DNA of 64,000 bases from Infirmifilum sp. (lineage in GTDB: Archaea > Thermoproteota > Thermoprotei > Thermofilales > Thermofilaceae), in the NCBI GenBank assembly GCA_041287245.1, contig JBEULP010000108.1:27860-91859 (forward strand). The letters run 5' to 3'. The position numbers and the translations under genes are program-made. Position 1 is the stretch's first letter. The number at the start of each line of letters is the position of its first letter. Below are positions 37,816-47,759 of this stretch, piece by piece. Under the pieces are notes generated by a model. The model was not told the DNA's origin and did not search any database. It worked only from the letters and a program-made list of their open reading frames with translations.

Positions 37816-38280
37816 CTGCTCTCGACCCGTGACCTCGAAGATTTCTTGCGGAGACATGGAATAAGCTTTAAGCTTTTAGAGGTGGGAGCCGCTGCTACAA
37901 GCGAAGATGCCTCAAAGAGTCTGAGAGTCGACAAGAGCCAGATAGCAAAAACCATTGTCTTTGTAGCTGACACCGGCGATGTTGTTCTCGTCGTCCTCAG
38001 AGCCGATCGCAGAGTAGACCAGTCCGGGCTTGCAAAGCTCCTCGGGTACAAGAGGCTCCGCCTGGCCCGCGACAGCGAGGTTGTAGAGAACACTGGTTAC
38101 CGACCCGGTGGTGTGCCTCCTTTAGGTCACGCTAAACCACTCCCAGTGTTTATTGACCGTGAGGTCTCGGAAGGCGCTTATTACTGCGGTGGGGGCGACG
38201 ACAAGCATCTTCTGTTTTTAGACTTTAGAGAGATACCATCTCGCTTGAATGTGAAGGTTATAGATGTTCCGAAAAAGTGA
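37816..38280 (+). CDS. YbaK/ProX aminoacyl-tRNA deacylase
   Basis: IAKTIV and TGYRPGGVPPLG motifs. The start is probably CTG 37816 (the track uses TTG 37846). Confidence 0.85.
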   Translation: MLSTRDLEDFLRRHGISFKLLEVGAAATSEDASKSLRVDKSQIAKTIVFVADTGDVVLVVLRADRRVDQSGLAKLLGYKRLRLARDSEVVENTGYRPGGVPPLGHAKPLPVFIDREVSEGAYYCGGGDDKHLLFLDFREIPSRLNVKVIDVPKK

Positions 38281-38648
38281 GCTTCTACACCCCTCGCCTG
38301 TATGAATGTGGTTAATGCTTCGCTTCTATTGAACCATAAAGGGTAAAGCCCCAGGGCAGGAGTTCATTGTTTAAAGAGAAAATCTTCAGGGGAAAAGGCT
38401 TACGAGCTTGTTGGGGCTGGGGCTCTTCAGAGGGGAACTAAAGGATTAAAGGAAACTCTTCTTTAAGGTGGTAGTAGGCACTCGCAGGCAATCCTGTTTT
38501 CGCTTTAGCTAATATAAACATTGTAATTCGCGACTTATTTGCGGGTTAGAGGGTTTTTCGCGGATGGACTTGACAAATGAGACGCCCTTCCTCGTGTGAG
38601 TAAAAGATATTTCTCACTATATTCTTGAATTGTATTAGGTGATGCTCT

Positions 38649-39038
38649 TTGAGGCGTGTCTCCGTTACTCTACCTGACGATATATACCGTCAACTGGAAG
38701 AGCTTGAGGCTAAGACTAAAATCACCAACAGGTCGCGCTTAATCGGGGACGCTATCACGTTGTTTTATAACCAGAACATAGAGGACGAAGCCGTCTATGC
38801 GGGTAGCCTCGTAACGTTATATGACCATTCGCGTGGAGAGACAGTGTACAGCGTCGTGGATGTTCAGCACGACTTCCACGAAGTTATTAGGGTAACAACA
38901 CACGTACACTTGACCGAGGAGAAGTGTGTAGAGGTTACGACTGTGCTGGGGAAAGGCAAAGACATAAAGGAGCTTGTCTCGCGTCTCAGGAGGATAAGCG
39001 GCGTACTAACGGTGCAGTACAACGTTATTAAGCTTTAG
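38649..39038 (+). CDS. nikR: Nickel-responsive regulator NikR family
   Basis: RHH N-terminus RVSVTLP...NRS; YDH, QHDF and HVHL...CVEV metal site. Confidence 0.85.
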   Translation: MRRVSVTLPDDIYRQLEELEAKTKITNRSRLIGDAITLFYNQNIEDEAVYAGSLVTLYDHSRGETVYSVVDVQHDFHEVIRVTTHVHLTEEKCVEVTTVLGKGKDIKELVSRLRRISGVLTVQYNVIKL

Positions 39039-40312
39039 AGGATGCAGTGGGCGAGCCTCGCACTATATATGCACTCGTTACAGCCTACATCGTTTCCATA
39101 ACAGTCGTACTCGTTTTGATCCGTGTACCAGCACTTTTTCGTTGCGAAGGGGCAGTCGGCACACCAGGGTACACCTAAGGAGAGTTTTTCACGCACCTTC
39201 CTAAACATCACGAACTCTGGCTTGTTCCAAACCTCTTCAATGCTTTCTTTTCTGACATTACCGAAGTGTTTTGCCCTGACAATCTTAACGTGTAGGTTAG
39301 TGTAAAGCGGGTGCTCGTATGCGAGGTCCATGCATGGCGCGACGTCGCCGTTCTGGAGGATCATCATTGCTTTCTCCTCAATGTATGGGCAACTACGCTT
39401 TAAGGAATCAGCGTAAACACTTGGGACACGGATGTCAATGCCGTTTTGAACTGCGATTTCTCTAGCCTCGCTGATGTATCGTTCAACTTCTAATAATAGC
39501 TCTTCTCGTGCAATAGCATCCCTTGCAATATCAGAGTTTACACTATAGCCTTTCTCTGCTATCTTATTCACAAGTTTAAGGTACAGCTGTTGCTTTCCGG
39601 AGGACGAGAGGGTGTGGTGGGCGAGGAGGGTGTCATATATAGCCTCTTTAGCCAGCGAGTCGAGATTGCCTCCTGAAGCCTTATAGAACTCAACGGCTTC
39701 CCTACTAGCAGTAGTATAAACAGCTTCGTTAACCATTGCAGCGTGATAAGGTACAATGTGCGACACTACCACGAAATCCAGGTTTAGCTCGGCGGCTCTT
39801 GAGACAAGCCTGGGTAAAAGCTTATAATTACTTCTCATAAGCACTAAAGCCACACCAAGGCTTACACCATAGTCCTTTTTGATCCTGGCAGCACTCCGCA
39901 GGTTGCCCAGCACATCGTAGCGTTGAGAGCCGACCCTAATCTTACCCAGTGGCTCCATATCAGGAGCATCCACGCTGAACGCAACCTGGTCTATACCGGC
40001 TTCGAAGACCTCGGTAGCTTTTCTCTCATCCATTAGAGTCCCGTTTGTAACGAAGTGGAGAAAAGCCCCATCCCCCAGCCCGGCACGGGCATAGCGGATA
40101 AAGTTTACAAACAACGGGTGGCTCAGAGGCTCGCCGAAGCCATAGAGAGCCATCTTCCTAACCTTCCCAGTAGATTCATCGATTATCTTTTTAAAAAGCT
40201 CGAAGTCCATATGACTATAGTTTTTCTGGCTCCATGTCCTCCTAACACACATTATACACGACAAGTTGCAAATATTAGTCGGCTCAACCTGCAACACTTC
40301 AGGATAACTCAT
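39035..40312 (-). CDS. Radical SAM/SPASM protein, tungsten-oxidoreductase-maturase-like
   Basis: CNLSCIMC and YGFGEPL; Cys-rich SPASM CPY...GDVAPC...PWCADC...C...DCYGN..GCNEC. Confidence 0.75.
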   Translation of the reverse strand: MSYPEVLQVEPTNICNLSCIMCVRRTWSQKNYSHMDFELFKKIIDESTGKVRKMALYGFGEPLSHPLFVNFIRYARAGLGDGAFLHFVTNGTLMDERKATEVFEAGIDQVAFSVDAPDMEPLGKIRVGSQRYDVLGNLRSAARIKKDYGVSLGVALVLMRSNYKLLPRLVSRAAELNLDFVVVSHIVPYHAAMVNEAVYTTASREAVEFYKASGGNLDSLAKEAIYDTLLAHHTLSSSGKQQLYLKLVNKIAEKGYSVNSDIARDAIAREELLLEVERYISEAREIAVQNGIDIRVPSVYADSLKRSCPYIEEKAMMILQNGDVAPCMDLAYEHPLYTNLHVKIVRAKHFGNVRKESIEEVWNKPEFVMFRKVREKLSLGVPWCADCPFATKKCWYTDQNEYDCYGNDVGCNECIYSARLAHCIL

Positions 40313-40586
40313 CCTAGCTATATCCCGCTCACAGTATAAATCAATTATGGTTTGGCTGTCCTTGAGAGAAGAATACGCCTGCGTAGGTGCGTAATCACGC
40401 GCGAATGGAGCGGAGGTAGAGGACCGGTTAGTTATTGAACTATCATCTTTAAAGCATGAGGGAGTAACGGTTTCCGTTAATTAAAAGGATTCCAAAGGCC
40501 TAATAATCTTTGAATCAAGTTTTTTCGGAACTTTAAGTGTTTAAACTTATTAAGGTGGGACTACCGGGTTTATCAAAGGCTTCAGA

Positions 40587-41132
40587 GTGGGTGTGCGGCT
40601 CTTGACTGTAAGGTTGTCCCGCGACGAGCTCCAGAACATATACAGGAGTATCATAAATAATCCGAGCCTTGTGGGCCCTGTAGCCGTGTCAGCAGGGACA
40701 CCAGAATATTTGAAATGGGTGGTGGAGGCGAGTGGCGAAAAGAATACAGTATTTCTTGTGGGCCCAGGAAGCAAGGCTGGGTTATGTTATAGTATAGCTG
40801 AACTTGGTGGGGTTGAGAGTGTATGCGTGGATTATACCTATCTGCCTCTCCGAGACGAATCAATAAGCGTATTGCTATTCGCCTTTGTTTTCAATGCAGC
40901 CAGAGACATCAAGGCTATGCTTAGCGAGGCCCGGCGCGTGTTGAAAGAGAAGGGGGTGCTCATCGCCGGAGACTGGGCGCCGCAATCTAGAATAGCACCG
41001 GCAATCAAAGAGGGTTTCCAGCTTAACCTGAATGAGTTTAAAGTTTACTTTTCGAAGTATTTCAGGGTTGTAGAGCTAAGGATATATAAAGACTACTTCA
41101 TCGTAGTGGGGATTAATGAGCAACCTGAATAG
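40587..41132 (+). CDS. Methyltransferase-fold protein (degenerate motif I)
   Basis: LPLRDES and EARRVLKEKGVL motifs; the GxG motif is degenerate (LVGPGS). Confidence 0.55.
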   Translation: MGVRLLTVRLSRDELQNIYRSIINNPSLVGPVAVSAGTPEYLKWVVEASGEKNTVFLVGPGSKAGLCYSIAELGGVESVCVDYTYLPLRDESISVLLFAFVFNAARDIKAMLSEARRVLKEKGVLIAGDWAPQSRIAPAIKEGFQLNLNEFKVYFSKYFRVVELRIYKDYFIVVGINEQPE

Positions 41133-41152
41133 ATTTCCCTTCGAGTAAAAAT

Positions 41153-42028
41153 CTAGGTAGCTTGCTTCTCAGATTCAGGCTGCCTGGTCTTCCTGATTCG
41201 CTTGAAGACAAGCCAAGCTATGAAGCCGAGGATTATTATAGGGGAGAGGCCTATCACGCCTATAATCAAGAGTGATAAAACGGTTAATGCTGTGGCTAAG
41301 CCGTCACGGAGCGTCCCGATAAGGTTCACACTCGGCCACTCCAACGGCTTCTCCTTCAAGGTAAACGTAACAGTTATCGTCGAGTAGGTAATCGATCTCT
41401 CAAGGTTTCGAAGCTGCGCCTGATAAAATTCAATCTGATACCTTACGTTTGCAAGCCTATCCTCGATCTGTAGAACATCCTGGATATTAGTAGCCTTGTC
41501 CAGTAGTTGTAGGAGCCTTGACTCCTCAGCTTTAAGGTTTGTCAGCCTAGCATTGAGGTCAATCCACTGGTCTGTAACGTCGAGAGCTTTTTCCTGGAGG
41601 CTTTCAAGCCTGCCTAAGCCTGAAAGCAAGTTTATAGCGTCGCGGTATGTCTGGGCTGGTATCTTCAAAGTCACCGTAGCGGTCTCGCCCGTATCCTGGC
41701 TAAAATCAACCGACGCGACATACCCACCGAGCTGCAAACATATGTTAGAGGCGGAGTCAACAGCTTTTTTAACGTCGTCGACGGCTACTCGCATAGAGGC
41801 TATATATGTTATGTTTCTCTGGCTTTCTAGAGATGACGTGGAAACAGGGGGCTGAAAGCTCTTCGCGCTGCTAGTAGCTATAGTTTCTCGGGGAACCGAG
41901 GATTGAGACGAGAAGTACGGCGACTTTAAGGATGCGGCTGGGTTATAGAGGAGCAGCATAGCCAGTGCAATTACAGCTATAATTAAAACCGCACCTGCTA
42001 TTATTAACAACAGTTTCTTGTTCATCAT
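41153..42028 (-). CDS. DUF4349 domain membrane protein
   Basis: DVTDQWIDLNARL...RLLQLL...IEDRL coiled coil between N- and C-terminal TM helices. Confidence 0.8.
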   Translation of the reverse strand: MMNKKLLLIIAGAVLIIAVIALAMLLLYNPAASLKSPYFSSQSSVPRETIATSSAKSFQPPVSTSSLESQRNITYIASMRVAVDDVKKAVDSASNICLQLGGYVASVDFSQDTGETATVTLKIPAQTYRDAINLLSGLGRLESLQEKALDVTDQWIDLNARLTNLKAEESRLLQLLDKATNIQDVLQIEDRLANVRYQIEFYQAQLRNLERSITYSTITVTFTLKEKPLEWPSVNLIGTLRDGLATALTVLSLLIIGVIGLSPIIILGFIAWLVFKRIRKTRQPESEKQAT

Positions 42029-42225
42029 CTACAGATACCCGCTACTTTATAATATAATCGTAAAGTATCAACGGTACGTCTCACCAATCCACCCTGAAAC
42101 TCTCTGACAAATCTACTCTATAGTCCGCTCCCCCTCTCGGCTTGGTAGTCCGCATTGGACGTTAAAGAAACCTGTAGCTCTGCCGGAGCAGAAGACGAAA
42201 AACCTGTAACGTTAATTTACCCCTT

Positions 42226-42948
42226 TTGGTGGACATATGTGTGAAGGCAGTTAGCTTCGACGTTTGGTCAACGCTGCTGGATATAGACGTTTTCTACAGG
42301 TTTATAGCCGAGGCATTATCAGAAGTTAACGGTCAAAGCCCACAGGAGGTCTTTCCGTCACTACGGAAAGCCTATTCCGCTGTTAAAGATGCTAGGAGAA
42401 AAAGCCTCATCCGCGAGGACGACGTTGTCGGAAGCTCCACAGAGGTATTCCTTGGGTCACTAGGCTCCTTTTCCAAATACGAACTTTACTGGGCTGTTTC
42501 AAGAGCAGTTAACCGGGTCCCGGGGGAGAGGCTTCTCCTGCCCGGTGCAACTGAGGTACTTGAAAGCCTCGCGAGCCAGGGCTATAGGCTTGCCGTGACA
42601 AGCAACGTGATCTTCTGGCCTGGATACGTTACGAGAATACTTCTAGACAAGTCGGGGCTTGGAAGATTCTTTAAGGTTCAGGTGTACGCGGATGAAGTTA
42701 AAGCCTTAAAACCTAGTAGCAAACCATTCCTAGAAATGCTGAGGGCTATAGGATCAGAGCCTAGAGAGGCTGTTCACGTAGGCGACAGCCCACAAGAGGA
42801 TCTAGCAGGAGCCCTAAACGCGGGTATGGCCGTCATACTGGTCGAGCGAGATGGTGGTCAGAAGATTATCTACGAGAAAATAAGAATCGCGGTGGTCAGC
42901 TCACTTCTAGACGTGCCCGAAGCCGTGGAACATCTCTTAAAAGAGTGA
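42226..42948 (+). CDS. HAD-superfamily hydrolase
   Basis: FDVWSTL, TSN, KP and HVGD...DLAGALNAG motifs. Confidence 0.85.
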   Translation: MVDICVKAVSFDVWSTLLDIDVFYRFIAEALSEVNGQSPQEVFPSLRKAYSAVKDARRKSLIREDDVVGSSTEVFLGSLGSFSKYELYWAVSRAVNRVPGERLLLPGATEVLESLASQGYRLAVTSNVIFWPGYVTRILLDKSGLGRFFKVQVYADEVKALKPSSKPFLEMLRAIGSEPREAVHVGDSPQEDLAGALNAGMAVILVERDGGQKIIYEKIRIAVVSSLLDVPEAVEHLLKE

Positions 42949-42953
42949 GATAT

Positions 42954-43751
42954 CTAGGTCTCCGTTGAGCCATACCACCTCGTGTAGAGATCCTTTCTAA
43001 GCAAATTCAAAACCGGGACGTTTTTACGTGCCTCCTCCACTTCTCCCACATCCAGCTCTAACGTAATGCTTCTCTCTTCTTCTCCAAGGTCGAGAAGCCT
43101 GTGACCCATAGGGGTTACAACCGTGCTATGCCCGGCGAAGAAAGAGCCAGTCTGGTCGACTGCAACGAGAAACGCCGTGTTTTCATGCGCCCTAGCCGAG
43201 GTAAGCATAAGCCACTGTTCAACCTTGTACTTGCCTCTATACCACGCGGAGGGTACGACTAAAAGGTTAGCTCCCCTGACAGCCAGCGCCCTGAAAAGCT
43301 CTGGAAATCTCAAGTCAAAGCAGACGGCAAGCCCCACCGTGAACTCCCCAAGTCGCGCGAGTGCAAGCCTGTCTCCCTGGGTAAATATCTGCGACTCCCT
43401 GTAGCCAAACGCGTCAAAGAGGTGGATCTTCCTGTAAACCGTAGATATCCGTCCTCTCTCCGCAAGGATTGCTGAGTTATAGACACGGCCGTCTTCGACT
43501 GTGAAGGCTGAGAAAACCACGGCTGAGCCATTCTCCCCACTCTTGTCTACAATTCCCTGGACAAAAGGCCCGTCGATGGGCTCCGCGTAACTGTGAACAT
43601 ATTCTCTCGTAATTCCCTTTTCACCTACGCCCATTAGGTATTCCGGTAGGACATGTAGGTCCGCATCTGCAGAGTCGAGGAGTCGCATTACCCTTCTTAG
43701 GTTCTCTTCCTTCTGAGGCCCGACTGAAATCTGGTGTAGAGCGACCCTCAC
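42954..43751 (-). CDS. Carbon-nitrogen hydrolase (nitrilase/Nit family)
   Basis: LPE, YRKIHLFD and VCFDLRFPE catalytic E-K-C triad. Confidence 0.9.
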   Translation of the reverse strand: MRVALHQISVGPQKEENLRRVMRLLDSADADLHVLPEYLMGVGEKGITREYVHSYAEPIDGPFVQGIVDKSGENGSAVVFSAFTVEDGRVYNSAILAERGRISTVYRKIHLFDAFGYRESQIFTQGDRLALARLGEFTVGLAVCFDLRFPELFRALAVRGANLLVVPSAWYRGKYKVEQWLMLTSARAHENTAFLVAVDQTGSFFAGHSTVVTPMGHRLLDLGEEERSITLELDVGEVEEARKNVPVLNLLRKDLYTRWYGSTET

Positions 43752-43786
43752 AAGAATAAAATATTAGGCACCCGTAAAAACTTGAT

Positions 43787-44365
43787 GTGGCTCGCCTTTC
43801 ATGTTCGTGCCCCCGTATGATTGTTGCCCTCTACGTTGCCTTCCGAAACGACCCCTTATTTCAAAGGATATTCCCGGAGCAGTGGAAAATACTGGAGTTT
43901 TTCAGGGGAATTGAGCTACTGGTACAATCCAAAGCACTTAAAGCAATATGCATCAGGGAAAACCTCCTAACCATTTCTGTAGGGGTTTTAGGCCTTGGCG
44001 GGAGAGGCTCCGCTTTGGGCGTTCTAGCTGCGTTGAAACATATCATTCGTAGCGCGTCCTTGACAATGATCCTAGAGGTTTTCCGGTGGCTAGGTGGCTC
44101 CGTGAATTACTGGAGAGCTCTTAAGAGAGTCCACGGGTATTGCCACTTGCTTTTCTTAGCCTCTATGATTCAAGGGCGCGGCTATGGCTCTCTCATTTTA
44201 AGGGCTGTTGAGAGCACGTGTAGAAGGCTTGGCGGGGGGTGGCTAATCCTTGACGTAGACTTTGAAAACCCAGCGTTGCTGTTCTATTGGAAGAGGGGCT
44301 TCAAGCCTTTGGGGGAGTCTTGGTTCTCAGGAAGGAGGTATATTATAATGTGTAAGAACCTCTAA
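43787..44365 (+). CDS. GNAT-family acetyltransferase
   Basis: QGRGYGS acetyl-CoA motif and NPALLFYWKRGF. Confidence 0.65.
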   Translation: MARLSCSCPRMIVALYVAFRNDPLFQRIFPEQWKILEFFRGIELLVQSKALKAICIRENLLTISVGVLGLGGRGSALGVLAALKHIIRSASLTMILEVFRWLGGSVNYWRALKRVHGYCHLLFLASMIQGRGYGSLILRAVESTCRRLGGGWLILDVDFENPALLFYWKRGFKPLGESWFSGRRYIIMCKNL

Positions 44366-44419
44366 TTTTTGGTGGTAGCTCTACCGTAGGAGATAAAAAG
44401 CGCCTCATCGATACTAGTG

Positions 44420-44470
44420 CGATGATGAGGAAGAGACGATCCGAGGAGTGACGAGAAACTAATCTCTGAA
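44420..44470 (+). ncRNA. C/D box sRNA
   Basis: Box C ATGATGA 44422-44428, 12-nt guide, D' CCGA 44441-44444, C' GTGACGA 44448-44454, 11-nt guide and D CTGA 44466-44469; intergenic. Confidence 0.8.
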
Positions 44471-44516
44471 TACTTCTTTTAGAAAGGTAAAAATACTATT
44501 ATGAGTTCCCAATGAT

Positions 44517-44993
44517 GTGAGGCTGCTAATCCTCGACCTGGACAACACTCTATGGAGCCACCACGACATATCCCGGACTGAGCCGCCCTATAGGAGGATC
44601 TCCCAGGACACGATCGTTGACTCGATGGGAGAGACTATAAAGCTTAACCCGTGCGCTGCTCAAGTCCTTTCAGAGGCGAAAAATAAAGGAATCCTCCTAG
44701 CTGTAGCAAGCTGGAATAACCCTGAAAAAGCGGAAGAGGCTATAGTCGCTCTAGGGCTTCAAGGCTTCTTCGAAGAGATTGTTGTAGAGCCACACCCCTA
44801 TAAGGAGAAAATGATTAGAAGAATACTGAGAAAGGTTGGGGTGAAACCCAGCGAGGCTGTCTTCGTCGACGATAACTCTGAAATATGCCGTCGCGTCCGG
44901 GGCGCTTACCCTGAACTCAAGGTTTTTAACCTTGGGATAGATATTCAGAGTCTCTGCGAATTACTACATCTTATCAAGCAGGATGATTTGTAG
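44517..44993 (+). CDS. Magnesium-dependent phosphatase-1 (HAD IIIC)
   Basis: LDLDNTLW, ASWN, EPHPYK and FVDD motifs. Confidence 0.85.
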   Translation: MRLLILDLDNTLWSHHDISRTEPPYRRISQDTIVDSMGETIKLNPCAAQVLSEAKNKGILLAVASWNNPEKAEEAIVALGLQGFFEEIVVEPHPYKEKMIRRILRKVGVKPSEAVFVDDNSEICRRVRGAYPELKVFNLGIDIQSLCELLHLIKQDDL

Positions 44994-45048
44994 CCCCAGC
45001 TTATAAGACATATAATAATAAAAAATATTAGTTCTCGCTGAATATGGT

Positions 45049-46152
45049 GTGGCACCGGCCAGGCTTAAATGCCCAGCTTGCGGCCGTGAGTATCCTCTAT
45101 CCAAGCTTGTATGGCGCTGCGAATGCGGGAGCCCTCTTCGAGTAGACTTCCCATTTGTTTTCGAGCCTCTACCCCGCGTTAGGGGGATGTGGAGGTACAG
45201 GAAATCCCTCCCGCTAGCGGAGGCTGCGCAGCCCGTGACGCTTGGTGAAGGAGGTACGGCGACCGTGAAGGCTGAGGTATTTGGACTAAAAGTATTCTTT
45301 AAACTAGAGTTCCTTAATCCTACGGGCTCGTTCAAGGATAGAGGTTCAAGCCTAACAGTGTCAAATCTGAAGGCGATTGGGGCAACTGAGATAGCTGTGG
45401 ATAGCTCGGGGAACGCCGGGGCTTCGATAGCTGCTTATTCCTCCCTGGCCGGCATCAAGTGCAGAGTATATACACCAGCCAGCGCACCACAGGGTAAGAA
45501 GGCGCAGATCAGGATTTACGGGGCAGAGCTCATAGAAGTGGAGGGGAGTAGGGGCGACGTGACGAGGCGGGCGCTGAGCGAGCTGAGAGGGGCTTTCTAT
45601 GCGAGCCACCTTTGGAGTCCTTTCTTTCCGGAAGCCAATGCTACAATTGCCTATGAGTTCTTCGAGGATTATGGTGTCCCAGACGCCGTTATAGCGCCCG
45701 TAGGGAGCGGGGGGCTTCTATTGGGGTTGGCGTGGGGGTTTGAGAGGCTCTTTAAACACGGCTTTTCCAATTTGATGCCCAGGGTCTATGCCGTCCAGTC
45801 TGCGTCGAACCCCACCTTGCACGAAGCCTTGTACGGCCGGCCTTTCGGGCGGATCGAGGATGAGGTGCTGGCCGACGGTATTGCTGTTCAAAACCCTCCT
45901 AGGCTGGGAGAGATTGTAGAGGTGTTAAAGAAGTTTAAAGGAGGCTTAAGCATTGTGAATAACAAGGATATCATCTGGGGGCTAAAGACGCTGGCTAAAA
46001 TGGGCCTATTCGTCGAGCCGACAAGCGCTACGATAATACCTGCTCTTAGAAGCCTGGTGGAAAGTGGAGATTTAGCATCCGGTGAGAGCGTGCTCGCACC
46101 TCTAACCGGATTCGGTTTTAAAGCCTTTGAAAAAATAATGGCTAGGGTGTAG
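45049..46152 (+). CDS. Threonine synthase-like PLP enzyme
   Basis: N-terminal CxxCG...C-x-CG, NPTGSFKDRG, SSGNAG, PVGSGG and EPTSA. Confidence 0.85.
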   Translation: MAPARLKCPACGREYPLSKLVWRCECGSPLRVDFPFVFEPLPRVRGMWRYRKSLPLAEAAQPVTLGEGGTATVKAEVFGLKVFFKLEFLNPTGSFKDRGSSLTVSNLKAIGATEIAVDSSGNAGASIAAYSSLAGIKCRVYTPASAPQGKKAQIRIYGAELIEVEGSRGDVTRRALSELRGAFYASHLWSPFFPEANATIAYEFFEDYGVPDAVIAPVGSGGLLLGLAWGFERLFKHGFSNLMPRVYAVQSASNPTLHEALYGRPFGRIEDEVLADGIAVQNPPRLGEIVEVLKKFKGGLSIVNNKDIIWGLKTLAKMGLFVEPTSATIIPALRSLVESGDLASGESVLAPLTGFGFKAFEKIMARV

Positions 46153-46267
46153 GTTGGCTTCACACGCTGGGCTTCCCCTCCTCCCTGAAGGGCGAGGCTT
46201 TCATTTTTATACAAAAGCGGTTGCTCAAATTATTTAAATAGAACTATGGAAAGTTTCTAACGGTTAT

Positions 46268-47620
46268 ATGGGTATAGCTTACCCACACTATGAGGAGCTT
46301 GAGCGCACGAGGCATTTCGCTACGATAGGGCTTGTAGCTGCCAACACCCTTGTCTACCTCATCACATCTGTTGGCAACAGTTTTCTAGCCGTTGAAGACC
46401 AGTGGGTTCAAACACTTGCCTTTGTCCCAGCCTTCATAATGAGCCCCAGCGCTCTCTACAGAATTTTCACATCGATGTTCCTCCATGCGAATGTCGCGCA
46501 CATATTCTTCAACATGCTCTTCCTCTACACTTTTGGAAAGCAGGTTGAGGCGGCAATGGGCTCTAAAAGGTTTCTCGCCCTCTATTTCCTTAGCGGCATA
46601 CTAGCCACCGTCTTCCACACGGCCTTCATCCCTATAGAAGGCGCATCCTCGGCTTTCATACCTGCCCTTGGGGCTAGCGGTGCAATCAGCGGCGTGCTCG
46701 GTGCGTACCTGCTACTCTTCCCAGGAACTAGGCTTACCATGTGCTTCTTCTACCTCTTTATACCCCTTTGCTTCACAACCAGCGCAGCAGCCTACATCAT
46801 CTTCTGGTTTGCGACCCAGATAATAGAGGGATATTTAGGAGCAAGTCTTGGCGTAGCAGTTTTCGCACACGCTGGGGGCTTCATAGGCGGTATAGCTTTG
46901 CTCCCACTCCTACTCGACTATGAGAGGCTGGGTTTACTTAGGGTCTATGCGTCGATGAGAAAGTTTTTCTTCAATGTGTTCTTCGTAAAGCCTGGCTTGA
47001 GCAGTGCAGCTAAAGCTATAATCATAACCTTGATTGGGCTCACCGCTGCAGGAGCCGTATACTCGGCTTACGTGGGAGCAACTGCGGGAGGCATAAACAA
47101 GATCTTGGACTTCAGCGTAGCTAGCTGTGGCTCTGCCTCCAACTGCTCCGGGCCTTACGTGAATGAAAGCGTGATTATACAGTTGAATAATGGCAACCTG
47201 GATTATACACCTATATCTACGAGCGAGGTTCGAGTGGTTTTCAACAGGCTCAACGCTGCAAACCTGGTCTATAGCCTGGGAAATAAGGATAAGACTGTAA
47301 GGGTGAATCTTTCGACTACTCGTCGTGTTCAAGGCATACCGGTGAGTGTCTCGATATCTGGCACTTTGCGCTTCGACGCTTACGGCTTGTTGGACTCTGG
47401 CCAAGGAGTCGTGTCCACAGAGGTTTTACAGTGTGACCAGATCTCGGGGACCTGTGTAAAAGGGGGTTTCATGACCTATACGTTCATAGTTTCAACCTCC
47501 GCGAGTATGGTGGGCTTTGAGGGCATTCCTATTTCTGAGCTTGCTCTAGTCTCGCTTCTTGCCTCCCTAGCCTCCATTGTTGTTGTAGGACGCGCAGACA
47601 AGTTCGAGATAATCGTATAG
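46268..47620 (+). CDS. Rhomboid intramembrane protease with extracellular C-terminal domain
   Basis: SMFLH...HIFFNM, GASGA (Ser) and FAHAGG (His). Confidence 0.9.
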   Translation: MGIAYPHYEELERTRHFATIGLVAANTLVYLITSVGNSFLAVEDQWVQTLAFVPAFIMSPSALYRIFTSMFLHANVAHIFFNMLFLYTFGKQVEAAMGSKRFLALYFLSGILATVFHTAFIPIEGASSAFIPALGASGAISGVLGAYLLLFPGTRLTMCFFYLFIPLCFTTSAAAYIIFWFATQIIEGYLGASLGVAVFAHAGGFIGGIALLPLLLDYERLGLLRVYASMRKFFFNVFFVKPGLSSAAKAIIITLIGLTAAGAVYSAYVGATAGGINKILDFSVASCGSASNCSGPYVNESVIIQLNNGNLDYTPISTSEVRVVFNRLNAANLVYSLGNKDKTVRVNLSTTRRVQGIPVSVSISGTLRFDAYGLLDSGQGVVSTEVLQCDQISGTCVKGGFMTYTFIVSTSASMVGFEGIPISELALVSLLASLASIVVVGRADKFEIIV

Positions 47621-47759
47621 AGATAATTTTTCCTTTTTATTCTCCCAGAACCAGATAAAAAATCTTTGATTTTTCTACTAAAGAATTACAGAGTTTAGAA
47701 AGAAGATACTTAAGGAGAGCAATAGTAAGTGAAGACTGATGTCCTAATGGTGATGAAGT

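Noticed and set aside
38281..38640. 360-nt intergenic gap (also 40340-40550, 51380-51640 and 61045-61250)
   Set aside because: No tRNA, box motifs, repeats or credible ORF could be recognised by eye.
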